In this document: in pieces, positions 1-8,929 of the stretch
Position numbering within the stretch: position 1 is the stretch's first letter
How the letters are laid out: every line of letters starts with the position of its first letter
Virus record (IMG/VR): IMGVR_UViG_3300010376_000063
Location: 1-43,483 of that record
Length of the DNA stretch: 43,483 bases
Reading direction: 5' to 3' (one strand)
Origin: a virus
Taxonomy: Duplodnaviria > Caudoviricetes
The notes under the pieces: model-generated
Databases searched by the model: none
Seen by the model: the letters and a program-made list of their open reading frames with translations, nothing else
What the model was told of the DNA's origin: nothing
Made by a program: the position numbers and the translations under genes

Positions 1-608
1 CCCATGTCACGATGCTGTAGCCCCGTAACCTTGCCCTTCGGGAAAGTGGCGTGCCAGGTATCTGGACCCCAGACGACGATCCAGAGACTCGTATTAGTTG
101 AAGCTGTTCCGCCACCGTCAAGGACGTTGGCTGCGGTCTGGGAGTTAGCGGCGTTCTTCGTTGAGTATCTCGGTGCAAGGCCAGTGAACCTCTCTGGGTT
201 GATAAACTGGTTACCGTAGATCAGGGTTGCAGCGACCTGCTGACTCATCCCCTCCAGAAAGGCTTTTACTTCTGAGAGGCGGAAATCGGCAGTATTACCG
301 TTGAGGTCTGCCACATCCTTGTCGATGACGGCGTAAGTCTCAAGGTTACCGCAAGTATCCACGATCTGCGCCGTGGTAGACTTGGCGTTTGGAACGCCAG
401 TGTTAAGCAACCGCCACGTGGCCTGGGGTAGTCCGGTACGTACTGTAGTCTTATGGCCAGTGGGAAGGTTACCCTCAACGACCAGCATGTCATCGAGTAT
501 CTCGTTAGTTTGAGACAAAAGCTCAATGATGACGGCGACGTGATAACCGTCGTCCATGCGCTTAGCCCAATCCGCATACGTTAGCGCAGTTGCGCCAATG
601 ACAGCCAT
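1..608 (-). CDS. Major capsid protein, BPP-1 Bbp17-like (3' end truncated by the window edge; absent from ORF track)
   Basis: Manual translation from ATG 608 (SD GGAGG): MAVIGATALTYADWAKRMDD...LSQTNEILDDM...GHKTTVRTGLPQATWRLLN.GV...DKDVADLNGN...FRLSE.KAFLEGMSQ. Closely matches remembered BPP-1 MCP motifs and follows the scaffold gene. Confidence 0.93.
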   Translation of the reverse strand, partial: MAVIGATALTYADWAKRMDDGYHVAVIIELLSQTNEILDDMLVVEGNLPTGHKTTVRTGLPQATWRLLNTGVPNAKSTTAQIVDTCGNLETYAVIDKDVADLNGNTADFRLSEVKAFLEGMSQQVAATLIYGNQFINPERFTGLAPRYSTKNAANSQTAANVLDGGGTASTNTSLWIVVWGPDTWHATFPKGKVTGLQHRDM

Positions 609-684
609 AGCTGCCTCCTATTTACCTTTTACCTCCATTGTGCTACGGTTGGGCCCATCTCCATTCATCCGCTCTGCGGCAGGG

Positions 685-1413
685 CTACGGTAGATTCGGG
701 TACATGGCCTTAGCGGCTGTAGGCAGATCGCCACTAGGCCGCTGACCAGCTGGACTCGGCTTGTTACCGGCGACATGGCCGCCTTCGGTAATCATCGAGG
801 CCAGTTCATAGAACATGCGAATAAAGTCAGGATGGTTACCTGCTCCAGTGAAGTCCATCACTTGCCTAAAGCCTTCGGCTAGCTTTGGGTTGGACTTCGA
901 CACCTGATCGATGGCCTTAGAGATCGTAGTCGTCACTTGGTTAAGCCTAGGCCCAAGGAATGGATCAGACTTAACTTGGTCGACCCATTTCTTCTGTGTA
1001 TCCCGCCAGACCTCATACGGAGCGTTAACGGCTTCGTTGGTCTTAGCGACGTAGAAATTAACTAACTCTTGGCCTTGCTCCTGTGTTAAGTTCATACCCT
1101 TAAACATCGTACCAGCTTCTTTCGCAACCTCCTCGTCCAGAGTATAACCCTCTGGAACCTTGAAAGGCTCATAAGCCTCCGGTGCCCCAGTCGCTGGAGT
1201 CTGGTTGGCAATCGACTTACCCGTTTGGTTAAGAAGCGACTTGTCATCGGTTGTCTGGGTCGCCGTCGTACCCTTGTCGGTGGCTTCTTGGGTCGTACTC
1301 GTCTGTCCCGTCGTCGCCTTCGGGTCTGTCGTCTGACCCTGATTCGCTATCGTCCCCGTCGCCGTTCGGTCGACTCCTGCTGAGTCTGGCGTCGATTGCT
1401 GATTGTCGGCCAT
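685..1413 (-). CDS. Capsid scaffolding/assembly protein
   Basis: Thr/Gln-rich N-terminus, APEAYEPFKVPEG, GAGNHPDFIRMF and C-terminal AKAMYP. Lies directly upstream of the MCP gene. Confidence 0.8.
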   Translation of the reverse strand: MADNQQSTPDSAGVDRTATGTIANQGQTTDPKATTGQTSTTQEATDKGTTATQTTDDKSLLNQTGKSIANQTPATGAPEAYEPFKVPEGYTLDEEVAKEAGTMFKGMNLTQEQGQELVNFYVAKTNEAVNAPYEVWRDTQKKWVDQVKSDPFLGPRLNQVTTTISKAIDQVSKSNPKLAEGFRQVMDFTGAGNHPDFIRMFYELASMITEGGHVAGNKPSPAGQRPSGDLPTAAKAMYPNLP

Positions 1414-1699
1414 TTGCTTCTCCCATCATTGTGACGTATTCATCTGGACAGGCTCGCATAATATCCGTGAGGAGCCTAATTCCAACCTCTCGTTGCCCCT
1501 CCATAAAGGCCATTCGCACAGGCACATCGGAATAGCTCGTGGCGAAGCAGTGGCAAGAGAGCAGTAAGTCATGCATCCATCTTCGGCCCGGAGCAACTGA
1601 CATAATACCACTGATGATCTCACGACGCTGAGTCTCCTCTAGCTTCGCTTGTTTCTCTAGCTCCCTCACATCCTTCCGATTCCCCGCATTGTAGGCCAT
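1244..1699 (-). CDS. Bbp19-like conserved head-region protein
   Basis: GRRWMHDLL..C...MAFMEGQREVGIRLL motif; located between portal and scaffold as in BPP-1-like phages. Confidence 0.7.
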   Translation of the reverse strand: MAYNAGNRKDVRELEKQAKLEETQRREIISGIMSVAPGRRWMHDLLLSCHCFATSYSDVPVRMAFMEGQREVGIRLLTDIMRACPDEYVTMMGEANGRQSAIDARLSRSRPNGDGDDSESGSDDRPEGDDGTDEYDPRSHRQGYDGDPDNR

Positions 1700-1841
1700 C
1701 GAAGCCCTCATCAATTAGGACATCTGTGACGATGCCGTGCAGGAATTGCTGAGTTGTTACTCGGTGCTTCTCAAGGAGCTGTTGCCAATAGCCCCATTCA
1801 TCATCGGTTATCCTTACCGCTAGGACGTGATTTAAGCTCAT
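1620..1841 (-). CDS. Small protein, possible ribbon-helix-helix DNA binder
   Basis: ATGA overlap with the portal stop; beta strand VLAVRI followed by two amphipathic helices. Confidence 0.45.
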   Translation of the reverse strand: MSLNHVLAVRITDDEWGYWQQLLEKHRVTTQQFLHGIVTDVLIDEGFDGLQCGESEGCEGARETSEARGDSAS

Positions 1842-3583
1842 GGACCCTGGCCTCCTCCGAGCATTGCAGTCAGTGCGTTCTGGCCGCCACCGACATCAGT
1901 TTCGCTTAACGTCTTTGCACCACCAGCAAGCTTCTCGGCTCTCTCAGCAGCTGCCGCTTGCTCAGCTTGCTTCTGTTGCTCCTGTCGCTGCTTGCGAATC
2001 TGGGCCAGCTGATCTGGCGATCGGATCATCTTTGGATTGTTGTTCATCAAATTGGAATAGATTTGGATAGTTGCATCCAGATCGATATTGTCCATGACAG
2101 AGGGATCGACTCCAACAAGTCCTCCGGTAAGCTGCAAAGTACGCTCGATTCCACTGCTGGAGGCAGCCTGTTGAGCCTGGGATAGCATGGAGACATACTC
2201 AATGTCGATGTTAGCCCCTCGAACTTCATTTGGGGCTGGCGGCAGAACTCCGGACCTAGACATAATTGCGAAGGTTCGGTCGATGATTGGAGACAGCAGC
2301 TCATACTGAATCCTCTCAAGAACAGGGCCAAGCATCACGAGGGCTTCACTTCGACGAGCGTCGATCTCAGTTGCAGATACATTGGATCTGGTTTCGAACT
2401 GGGAGATAACCTGGAAAATATCGTTGTAGAATATCCGGCGAATTCGATCACGGACTTCGTTCAGGTCCTCAGAGATTTCCGCTATGCCGGGCTTCCAATT
2501 ACCGTAAACAGGAGCGAAGCCGGCGTTATTGGCTTGCATCATCCCGGCCACATAAGTGGTGCCACCTGGGAGTAGCGAAGCAGGTTGGTTTTTAAGTTGT
2601 ACGTCAGCGACCATTGGAGGGTTGACAACTTTATCGATCGCTTGCGCTTTACGGCGAACCTGCTGTTGGAGCTGCTTGATATCGGGTAGCGCATCCATTC
2701 CTGGGCTGCGACCATAGGCATCGTTGCTAACGAGGTCCCATCTAACGCAGACCTGCGGGGCTTCGTGAAAGCCTCTCTTTCGTAGGAACCCTGGAGCATA
2801 GCTTACTCCACCTTGAGGGCTGGTTGAGCCTCCCCATTCCCAATAACATTCACGGTAAGCGAAGTGTTCCGGTATCCCAAAGCCTCGAGCATCACGGTTA
2901 GGCTCAATTGCGTGAGCGACGATAATCTCTCGAGTAAGGCCAGCCTTACCTTCTTTATAAAGCTGCTTAACATGTGGCGAGGTCTTCTCAATACCGAATT
3001 CATCTACCACCTGATCTACAGTTAAGGTGAACTCCCTGAAGAAGATCAGCGGCCTAAACTTACCGTCATTGTCGATGTAATACTCTCCGTAGCAAGGATT
3101 AAAGCAATTGATCACGTTGTCGAAGTCCTCGTAGATGAGCATAACGGCCGTGCCGAAGACAACTAGATCGAAGTATACAATCGCTATAGAATTGTAGAAG
3201 TTCGATTCTTGAAACACGAGCATCATCAGACGCTCGCACTCGGCCAACCACAAAGATATCGGAGAGGTTTGTGTAGAGTCGATACGGCCAATCTTTAATT
3301 TGAACCACGGACGGGTTGGCGAGGAGATACCTGACATCATCCCGCTGGCTAAGTTCCTCGCCGCAAGTGTACCAGTCGAATCCAGGATATGTTGATTGAT
3401 AGGTGAGCCCCTGGTCATCTGGTTCGGAGTAATCAACCATTTATACCTCCGAGGCAGGAGGAAGTCAGCCAGTTCACGACCGTGAACCCACCAGGAATAA
3501 CGGTTTACCCTAAGGCCAAGCAGCCGCTCATTCACATGGCGGTGAAGCTTAAGGTCCTCTTCGCTGACGTAATTCTCGTTCAT
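1838..3583 (-). CDS. Portal (head-tail connector), T7 gp8/BPP-1 type
   Basis: 581 aa with DSTG..AARNLASGMMSG.SSP.RPWF, DLVVFGTA, YGRSPGMDALPD, TATEI-like SATEI, LGPVLER and YVSML..AQ motifs. Confidence 0.95.
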   Translation of the reverse strand: MNENYVSEEDLKLHRHVNERLLGLRVNRYSWWVHGRELADFLLPRRYKWLITPNQMTRGSPINQHILDSTGTLAARNLASGMMSGISSPTRPWFKLKIGRIDSTQTSPISLWLAECERLMMLVFQESNFYNSIAIVYFDLVVFGTAVMLIYEDFDNVINCFNPCYGEYYIDNDGKFRPLIFFREFTLTVDQVVDEFGIEKTSPHVKQLYKEGKAGLTREIIVAHAIEPNRDARGFGIPEHFAYRECYWEWGGSTSPQGGVSYAPGFLRKRGFHEAPQVCVRWDLVSNDAYGRSPGMDALPDIKQLQQQVRRKAQAIDKVVNPPMVADVQLKNQPASLLPGGTTYVAGMMQANNAGFAPVYGNWKPGIAEISEDLNEVRDRIRRIFYNDIFQVISQFETRSNVSATEIDARRSEALVMLGPVLERIQYELLSPIIDRTFAIMSRSGVLPPAPNEVRGANIDIEYVSMLSQAQQAASSSGIERTLQLTGGLVGVDPSVMDNIDLDATIQIYSNLMNNNPKMIRSPDQLAQIRKQRQEQQKQAEQAAAAERAEKLAGGAKTLSETDVGGGQNALTAMLGGGQGP

Positions 3584-3798
3584 TTCTTTCTCAGCGCCGG
3601 GGTTCTCTTCTGCCCAAAGTTGAGCATCTTAGCGGCTACGCCTGTCCGGTGGCCTGACTGTTGCTCCGGAACTATAAGCCTACCTCTGTTATTCATGTCA
3701 CTTGCGGCCATCATTAAGTGGACAGGGTCAGGCTGGAACTGGCCACCAGTCACAGCTTGAAGCTCACTTGGGTCCATATTTCCTGGAACTTTGGGCAT
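3580..3798 (-). CDS. Hypothetical protein
   Basis: Translationally coupled on both sides (TAATG and ATGA). Confidence 0.6.
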   Translation of the reverse strand: MPKVPGNMDPSELQAVTGGQFQPDPVHLMMAASDMNNRGRLIVPEQQSGHRTGVAAKMLNFGQKRTPALRKK

Positions 3799-4067
3799 TA
3801 GCCTAACGTCGGCTTCTTGGTTTGACCGCCAGCTGCCGCAGCCCCGAGCATTGTGGTTGCTGTGACACTTGCTCGTTGCCTAGCAGCTGGCGTGGCACTC
3901 GGCGCAAATGCTGCGGCCCCTGGTGGAGGTGCAGGTTGCGTCGGTGCCGATGGTGGGGGCGGTAACGGCGTTATCGCCGATAAGGCTTGCTGTCCTTCCG
4001 CCATGACCTGTTGAGCTTGGGCCCCGCCTGTACCTGGTGGGGTGAAGGCTCTAGTTACGAAACTCAT
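3798..4067 (-). CDS. Pro/Ala-rich small virion-associated protein
   Basis: SD GAGGAG; ends in KKPTLG, typical of the small gene preceding the portal in podoviruses. Confidence 0.6.
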   Translation of the reverse strand: MSFVTRAFTPPGTGGAQAQQVMAEGQQALSAITPLPPPPSAPTQPAPPPGAAAFAPSATPAARQRASVTATTMLGAAAAGGQTKKPTLG

Positions 4068-5586
4068 TCATCCTCTCCTCCACCTCCGGATTGAACTTCT
4101 CCCCGTAGATGTTCTTGACATCGAATGGGTTATACTCGCTTTCCACAAGAGGCTTCCCCAGACCAAGCTCTGTCTGTCGTGCGGCGACAGGTAGCGCAAA
4201 CGTTAGCGCAAGCGCATCAGCAAGGTCTGGGGAATCTAAACCACGTCGCATCATGTCTTCTTTCTTTTCAAGCTGAATTTCGTTCTTAATGGTATAAGTA
4301 TACAACGGGCCAACCAACTGGGCCTTAAGATCAGGGTCATTAGGAATTGCTCCATGTTTGAGCCATCCTCGCATAAGCCCCCACATTTCGGCTCGTTTGT
4401 TCGCATATCGCTCACCCTCTACTCCTTGAGTGAACCCGAAGCCTTCGGCCTTAGACCCAAAGTTGATGTCGAACACAAAGATGTGTAACGCCCTAAGCTG
4501 GTCAACAACGCCGCCCCCGACGCCCCCGCCGTCAACAAAAACTCCGTCAACTCGGTATCGGTGGAAACACTCGGATACCTTTCCAGCCAGCTCGACAGTG
4601 CTTGCACCTCGTAGCCTAATTGGCGCAATTGTTCTCGCATCTCTTCCTTTACGGAACCATATAACACTCTCGTTCGAACCATATCGTGCAACGTCAACTC
4701 CTATGACTAGCGCATCCCTCGGGTCCGAACCTGACTCAGACATGGCCGCCTGATCGACGGCTTCCGCAGATATGAACTCCATTTCTCCCGTTCTCGGGAA
4801 TACGCCCTTGACACGAATGCGTACAAAATCTGAGTCGTCGCCGTACGCATCGACCCAGGCTTTGATTTGGTCCTTATTGGTAAGCGTAACCTCACGGCTA
4901 TCCACCTGTTTGGACTTCCAGGTTCGGGCGTGCCTTTGACCAGGAAAGCACTCACGGAACCTTCCGGTGTTGCGAGTCGGGTTTCCGAATACACACCACA
5001 CGATTTCCGTATTAGCATCGGTAAGAGCGCCTTCGGTGGTTTCCCAAATGATGTCTGGTATTGCGGATGCCTCGTCGAACACCACCAGGATACGACGCTC
5101 CTTGTTGTGGAGTCCCGCAAATGCTTCGGTATTTCTCTCTGACCACGGAACCATATCGATACGCCAAGTACGTTCATGTGCAGAGTCCTTTGCGAACAAA
5201 GCCGTGGCAGTTAAGGTGAAGAAGTCCTTTGCGAGAAACATGTGGAACCATTTGCCTAGCTCCGCCCAAGTTTTGGTTTTAAGCTGTGTTTCCGTATTAG
5301 CCGTGACGACACCTCGGGTATCAGGCTTGGTTGAGATTGCCCAGAGTATAATCCAGGACACAAGGGCTGTTTTCCCGATGCCATGGCCAGAGGCAACAGC
5401 GAGCTGGATAGCCCTGTTGATGTCGATAAGGCCAACCTCGATAGCATCAAGGATTTCCTTTTGCCAGGCTTCGGGTCCATGGAAGTCCTTTAACCTTCCT
5501 TCTTCGCCCCAAGGGAAAGCTCCCATCACAAAAGCGTAAGGATGCTTTGAAACTGAGGCTAACCACTCAAGCAGCTGCGGATTCAT
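4051..5586 (-). CDS. terL: Terminase large subunit
   Basis: Walker A ASGHGIGKT, Walker B VVFDEAS, coupling motif GNPTR, RNase H-like GVDVARYG and SPDLADALALTFA. Confidence 0.95.
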   Translation of the reverse strand: MNPQLLEWLASVSKHPYAFVMGAFPWGEEGRLKDFHGPEAWQKEILDAIEVGLIDINRAIQLAVASGHGIGKTALVSWIILWAISTKPDTRGVVTANTETQLKTKTWAELGKWFHMFLAKDFFTLTATALFAKDSAHERTWRIDMVPWSERNTEAFAGLHNKERRILVVFDEASAIPDIIWETTEGALTDANTEIVWCVFGNPTRNTGRFRECFPGQRHARTWKSKQVDSREVTLTNKDQIKAWVDAYGDDSDFVRIRVKGVFPRTGEMEFISAEAVDQAAMSESGSDPRDALVIGVDVARYGSNESVIWFRKGRDARTIAPIRLRGASTVELAGKVSECFHRYRVDGVFVDGGGVGGGVVDQLRALHIFVFDINFGSKAEGFGFTQGVEGERYANKRAEMWGLMRGWLKHGAIPNDPDLKAQLVGPLYTYTIKNEIQLEKKEDMMRRGLDSPDLADALALTFALPVAARQTELGLGKPLVESEYNPFDVKNIYGEKFNPEVEERMNEFRN

Positions 5587-6143
5587 TGTCTATGCGCCGA
5601 TAAGACTTCTTCTTTACCGATAACGTCCCTAGCCATGAACTCGTGGATTTGATTGTACCTATCCTCGGCCTCTTCCTTGGAGTTGTAAGCTTGAAACCTG
5701 TCCCATCCGACTTTGTCGACGTTCTTTAAGGCTTGATCGTTAGAGACGACCTTATTGTCCCAGATTGTTGGGATTTTATAATACTTGCCGTCCTGCTCAA
5801 CTACGATACCCCGATAAGTCGAAATTGTCCCATCGTTGTTCGCAACACCACCTTTCTGGAGGTTCTTATCGTGATGGATGTACATATTCTGTTCTTGTGG
5901 GGTTAGGATCAGCTTACGCTCCCATTCCATTGGCTCACCGGGTAAGCGAGTCGGCCTTTCACCCCGGCGATCCTCAACGTTAACCGAATGCGGCATTTCA
6001 GCCCATCTAGTTCGATCAGGATACATCGGCGGATAGACTGTCATTGGCACTACCATATCCGGTGGCCTTGATTTCTTCTTCTCGAAGATTTCTCGGGCAC
6101 CTGATGCCTTTCCGATGCTTTTGGTCCAAGGTTCCTCTGGCAT
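5583..6143 (-). CDS. Hypothetical protein, possibly virion-associated
   Basis: Coupled to terL by ATGA; contains GTIST...DGKYY.IPTIWD motif. Confidence 0.65.
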   Translation of the reverse strand: MPEEPWTKSIGKASGAREIFEKKKSRPPDMVVPMTVYPPMYPDRTRWAEMPHSVNVEDRRGERPTRLPGEPMEWERKLILTPQEQNMYIHHDKNLQKGGVANNDGTISTYRGIVVEQDGKYYKIPTIWDNKVVSNDQALKNVDKVGWDRFQAYNSKEEAEDRYNQIHEFMARDVIGKEEVLSAHRQ

Positions 6144-6244
6144 TACTTAAATGCCCCGTTATGCCATGCCACCCAAGCAAAGAACAGGAACACGGCAGTC
6201 ATACATACCGCAACTATGCAGACATTGTGCGCCGTGTGCCTCAT
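6143..6244 (-). CDS. 33-aa single-pass membrane peptide (absent from ORF track)
   Basis: MRHTAHNVCIVAVCMTAVFLFFAWVAWHNGAFK; fills the gap exactly, with ATGA and TAATG coupling. Confidence 0.65.
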   Translation of the reverse strand: MRHTAHNVCIVAVCMTAVFLFFAWVAWHNGAFK

Positions 6245-7059
6245 GGCTGAGGTGACCCTTTCGCTCGGCTTATTCGGCCAGCCTCAACTGGTCTGCCCCT
6301 TCCGCCAAGGTCTGGAGACTCAACGTTACCATGCCAGACAGGGACATCTGCGATTTGAACCTCTGTCGTCGGGGTTTTCTCTTTATCATCCTTATCGACG
6401 ATGCGCTCACCCTCACGGAGGCCTTTATCTTGGCCTTTGGCCCTTCGTTCAGCTTGAGCTTGAGCCACAACGTCTGAACCTATCCCTGGCTGAACCGGTG
6501 CACCTGACTCTGACCCTATTCGCTCGTTCCAGGCTTGAACAAACTGCGCTGAGGTTGGGTTATCCCCATACTTGGCCTTCATTGCTGAGGTCATGTTGCC
6601 AGTTATGGCCCTCTTAGCCCAAGCTTCGCTTCGACCTGAGGCATCCTTCATGTTCATCCAAGCTGGCCTGTCAGGATTGGCCATATGAGCGTTATATCCA
6701 GCTTCGCCTTGTTGGTGGATCAAGTAGACATCCCCTAAGGTCGCCTTACGCCCATACCGTTGCTCAAATCGGAGTTTTTCACTTGCGATTTTATTCGCCG
6801 CTGCCATTGTATTCTGTTCGGGGTCATAAATGTCGCCTGTCCCGCCATGCCGCTTGAATTCTTCCTTACTAAGCTGAAACAATCCGTGATAAGACCCAGT
6901 TCTAGCGTTGGCCTTACCCCCAGACTCGACCCTCATGATCGATCGCATCCAGTTTGGGTCTACCCCTGACCTAGCGGCGTGTTTATCTATCCAATCCGGC
7001 TCTCTGCGAGCTGTCGTTAATGGTGCATACTGCGGATCGCCTTCCGGGACCTCTGGCAT
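6241..7059 (-). CDS. Lytic transglycosylase (SLT/lysozyme-like domain) protein
   Basis: IMRVESGG (catalytic Glu), SYHGLFQ, DPEQN..AAA and YLIHQQG motifs. Confidence 0.85.
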   Translation of the reverse strand: MPEVPEGDPQYAPLTTARREPDWIDKHAARSGVDPNWMRSIMRVESGGKANARTGSYHGLFQLSKEEFKRHGGTGDIYDPEQNTMAAANKIASEKLRFEQRYGRKATLGDVYLIHQQGEAGYNAHMANPDRPAWMNMKDASGRSEAWAKRAITGNMTSAMKAKYGDNPTSAQFVQAWNERIGSESGAPVQPGIGSDVVAQAQAERRAKGQDKGLREGERIVDKDDKEKTPTTEVQIADVPVWHGNVESPDLGGRGRPVEAGRISRAKGSPQP

Positions 7060-7496
7060 TACCTAGCTTGGGCCTCCTGAGTGAAGTCATGTGTGTCGCC
7101 GTTAGGGTCTTTCGCTACAACTGACATTCCGCTTATATCAGGCTTCCACCCAAAGCCAGCGAACATCTTTTTTAGCTGTTCTGCGGTTAAGCTTCCCTGA
7201 GCGTACCTTGTTGCAGCTTCAGTTAGGTGTTCCTTGTGTTCGTCGATTAAGCCTACCGTTTGCTTCTTAGCCTGCTGACCAGCTTGATAGTCCACCACAG
7301 GGACATCGGTAAGGCCACCTCTAGCTGCTAGGCTTTTTGAAGCCCCAGCTAGTTTCTCGGCCTCAGCAATTCCCGGTTCCTCTAACTCTGGCCTTCCCCG
7401 CCGAACATCCATAGCTACCTGTTGGCCTCGCTTGCGCATTCGGCCTGTAGACCAGCCTTCGGTCGGATATTCGAACTGACCGTCTTTTACGGCCAA
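7059..7496 (-). CDS. Hypothetical protein (TTG start)
   Basis: SD AGGAGG upstream; TAATG coupling to the SLT gene. Confidence 0.6.
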   Translation of the reverse strand: MAVKDGQFEYPTEGWSTGRMRKRGQQVAMDVRRGRPELEEPGIAEAEKLAGASKSLAARGGLTDVPVVDYQAGQQAKKQTVGLIDEHKEHLTEAATRYAQGSLTAEQLKKMFAGFGWKPDISGMSVVAKDPNGDTHDFTQEAQAR

Positions 7497-7538
7497 GGAT
7501 AGCCTCCTGTAACCTGCGCCAGTTCCTTGCCCTGTTCG

Positions 7539-8159
7539 TCAGAACCTCCGCTTAAAAGGAACGGGGACAGGTAAGGACTTAACCTCAACTGCCCCCGCCA
7601 AGGCTGGACGAGTAGGGAAAGGCATTACATTGTCGATAACCTTAGCCTTAGCAGTTCTATCTAAGGCCTTGTCAAGCATTGCTGCGAAATCAATGGAGAT
7701 GTTGGTTTGGAGGGAACGCTTAGACAGACCAACTCTGTCAGCCGCATCTCGAGCAATCGAGAGGAGTTCCCGAATGCTAAGCTCATCGTTTTCATCATCA
7801 TCAAGCTTATCCGCAATCTTCCGTTCGGCCTTCATACCATTTGATAAAATCAGCGCATTATAACTTGCTATTGAATCCCTGGTTTCGTCATCAGCTATTT
7901 TCCCGTACTGGGCAACGAGTTCTTTGAAGGCTGGGTTGTTGTAATGGACGGATACCCTTGAGATCGAGTAACCCATCTCGGCCGCAACTTGGGAGACCCG
8001 TAAGCCCATCGCAAAGAGTCTGGCCATTTGATGGTGGGAGTCACGATAACGCTGGATGGGCGGATCACGCCCTTGTCGGAAGCTCGTAAGGTCATGTTGG
8101 GTCAGCTCACGAACATGCGTGATTGAAGGCCTCTTCGGTGGTCGGCCTGGACCGGGCAT
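7539..8159 (-). CDS. HTH protein, probable terminase small subunit
   Basis: HTH-like HHQMARLFAMGLRVSQVAAEMGYSISRVS..NPAF; first gene after the late promoter; C-terminal DFAAMLDKALDR. Alternative start at 8171. Confidence 0.6.
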   Translation of the reverse strand: MPGPGRPPKRPSITHVRELTQHDLTSFRQGRDPPIQRYRDSHHQMARLFAMGLRVSQVAAEMGYSISRVSVHYNNPAFKELVAQYGKIADDETRDSIASYNALILSNGMKAERKIADKLDDDENDELSIRELLSIARDAADRVGLSKRSLQTNISIDFAAMLDKALDRTAKAKVIDNVMPFPTRPALAGAVEVKSLPVPVPFKRRF

Positions 8160-8182
8160 AGAAGCCCCCATTGTCAGCGACC

Positions 8183-8211
8183 ATTATACCACATTTTGGC
8201 CTTAATGTCAA
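8183..8211 (-). promoter_or_regulatory. Consensus sigma70 promoter for the late/packaging operon
   Basis: Minus strand reads TTGACA-17 bp-TATAAT with an extended -10 TG. Confidence 0.9.
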
Positions 8212-8217
8212 CCCCCC

Positions 8218-8236
8218 TTGTTTACATTGTAAACAA
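8218..8236. promoter_or_regulatory. Perfect palindromic operator-like site
   Basis: TTGTTTACA-T-TGTAAACAA, 6 bp upstream of the -35 hexamer. Confidence 0.65.
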
Positions 8237-8286
8237 CTTTATTTCCCTTCTGCCGCGCTTATGTCATCTACCCGACATAGTGGTGT

Positions 8287-8309
8287 CTTAGGTATGGGTC
8301 TTTGATTTT
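8287..8309 (+). repeat. Dispersed 23-bp repeat, copy 1
   Basis: CTTAGGTATGGGTCTTTGATTTT; 22/23 identical to 20475-20497. Confidence 0.85.
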
Positions 8310-8391
8310 ACACAAAACGTGGCGAGGGGGTTGCCGCCGCCTGAGCCAGCCGAGTTTGGCCCCCCGCCCCCAGCCTGAAGCAAGGTGCATA

Positions 8392-8438
8392 GGGTCAAGG
8401 GTAGGGTGCGATAGGGTATAGGGTACAGAGTAGCAGGG
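8392..8438 (+). repeat. AGGGT repeat cluster, G-quadruplex-competent
   Basis: Six GGG tracts, each in AGGGT context; the first five have loops of 4, 2, 7 and 4 nt. Confidence 0.7.
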
Positions 8439-8462
8439 TGCAAAACAAAATCGGCGCTGGCC

Positions 8463-8490
8463 CTTGCGATACCGGAGCGAATACCCATCT
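8463..8490 (+). promoter_or_regulatory. Possible RpoH-type promoter
   Basis: CTTG-N17-CCCATCT upstream of the lone plus-strand gene at 8534. Confidence 0.3.
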
Positions 8491-8533
8491 CCCGGTGACG
8501 GCCACCTATGGCCGCAACCGAAAGGGTAAGCAA

Positions 8534-8839
8534 ATGTCCACAATGACCATGCAACAGGCTGCCGCTCTCATCGCCCAACTCCAGACCCAGAACGCAGCCT
8601 TGCAGTCAAAGGTCGACCAGATGACTAACCGCAAGGTTACGGTCCGGCCAAACGTAATCGGTGGTTTCGACAAGGAGGGCAACCCCAACAAAGGTACAGT
8701 GTCGGTTCTTGGCCTTAACGGTAAGTGGCCCGTGACGCTGTATCCTAACCAGTGGGAAAAGCTCTTTGAGGCAATCCCGGCAATTAAGGCCACGCTAGAG
8801 GCTAACCGGGAAAAGCTTTCTTGGCAGAAAAACGACTAA
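8534..8839 (+). CDS. Conserved small phage protein (coiled-coil N-terminus)
   Basis: SD AAGGG, ATG 8534; KG.VSV.GL..WPVTLY..QW..L motif; followed by its own terminator. Confidence 0.8.
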   Translation: MSTMTMQQAAALIAQLQTQNAALQSKVDQMTNRKVTVRPNVIGGFDKEGNPNKGTVSVLGLNGKWPVTLYPNQWEKLFEAIPAIKATLEANREKLSWQKND

Positions 8840-8862
8840 CCTAGCCTCACTAGCCTAATCTG

Positions 8863-8897
8863 GAACGGGCACCCTAGCGGTGCCCGTTCTGCTTTTG
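8863..8897 (+). terminator. Rho-independent terminator
   Basis: GAACGGGCACC-CTAGC-GGTGCCCGTTC (11-bp stem) followed by TGCTTTTG. Confidence 0.8.
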
Positions 8898-8914
8898 TGC
8901 CAAGCAGCTGCTTG

Positions 8915-8929
8915 GAACAAATCATGAAC
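8915..8929 (+). promoter_or_regulatory. Alphaproteobacterial LexA-type box
   Basis: GAACAAATCATGAAC = GAAC-N7-GAAC. Confidence 0.55.

Noticed and set aside
7522-7537. LexA box GTTC..GTTC between terS-like and the next gene
   Set aside because: Spacing is N8, not N7.
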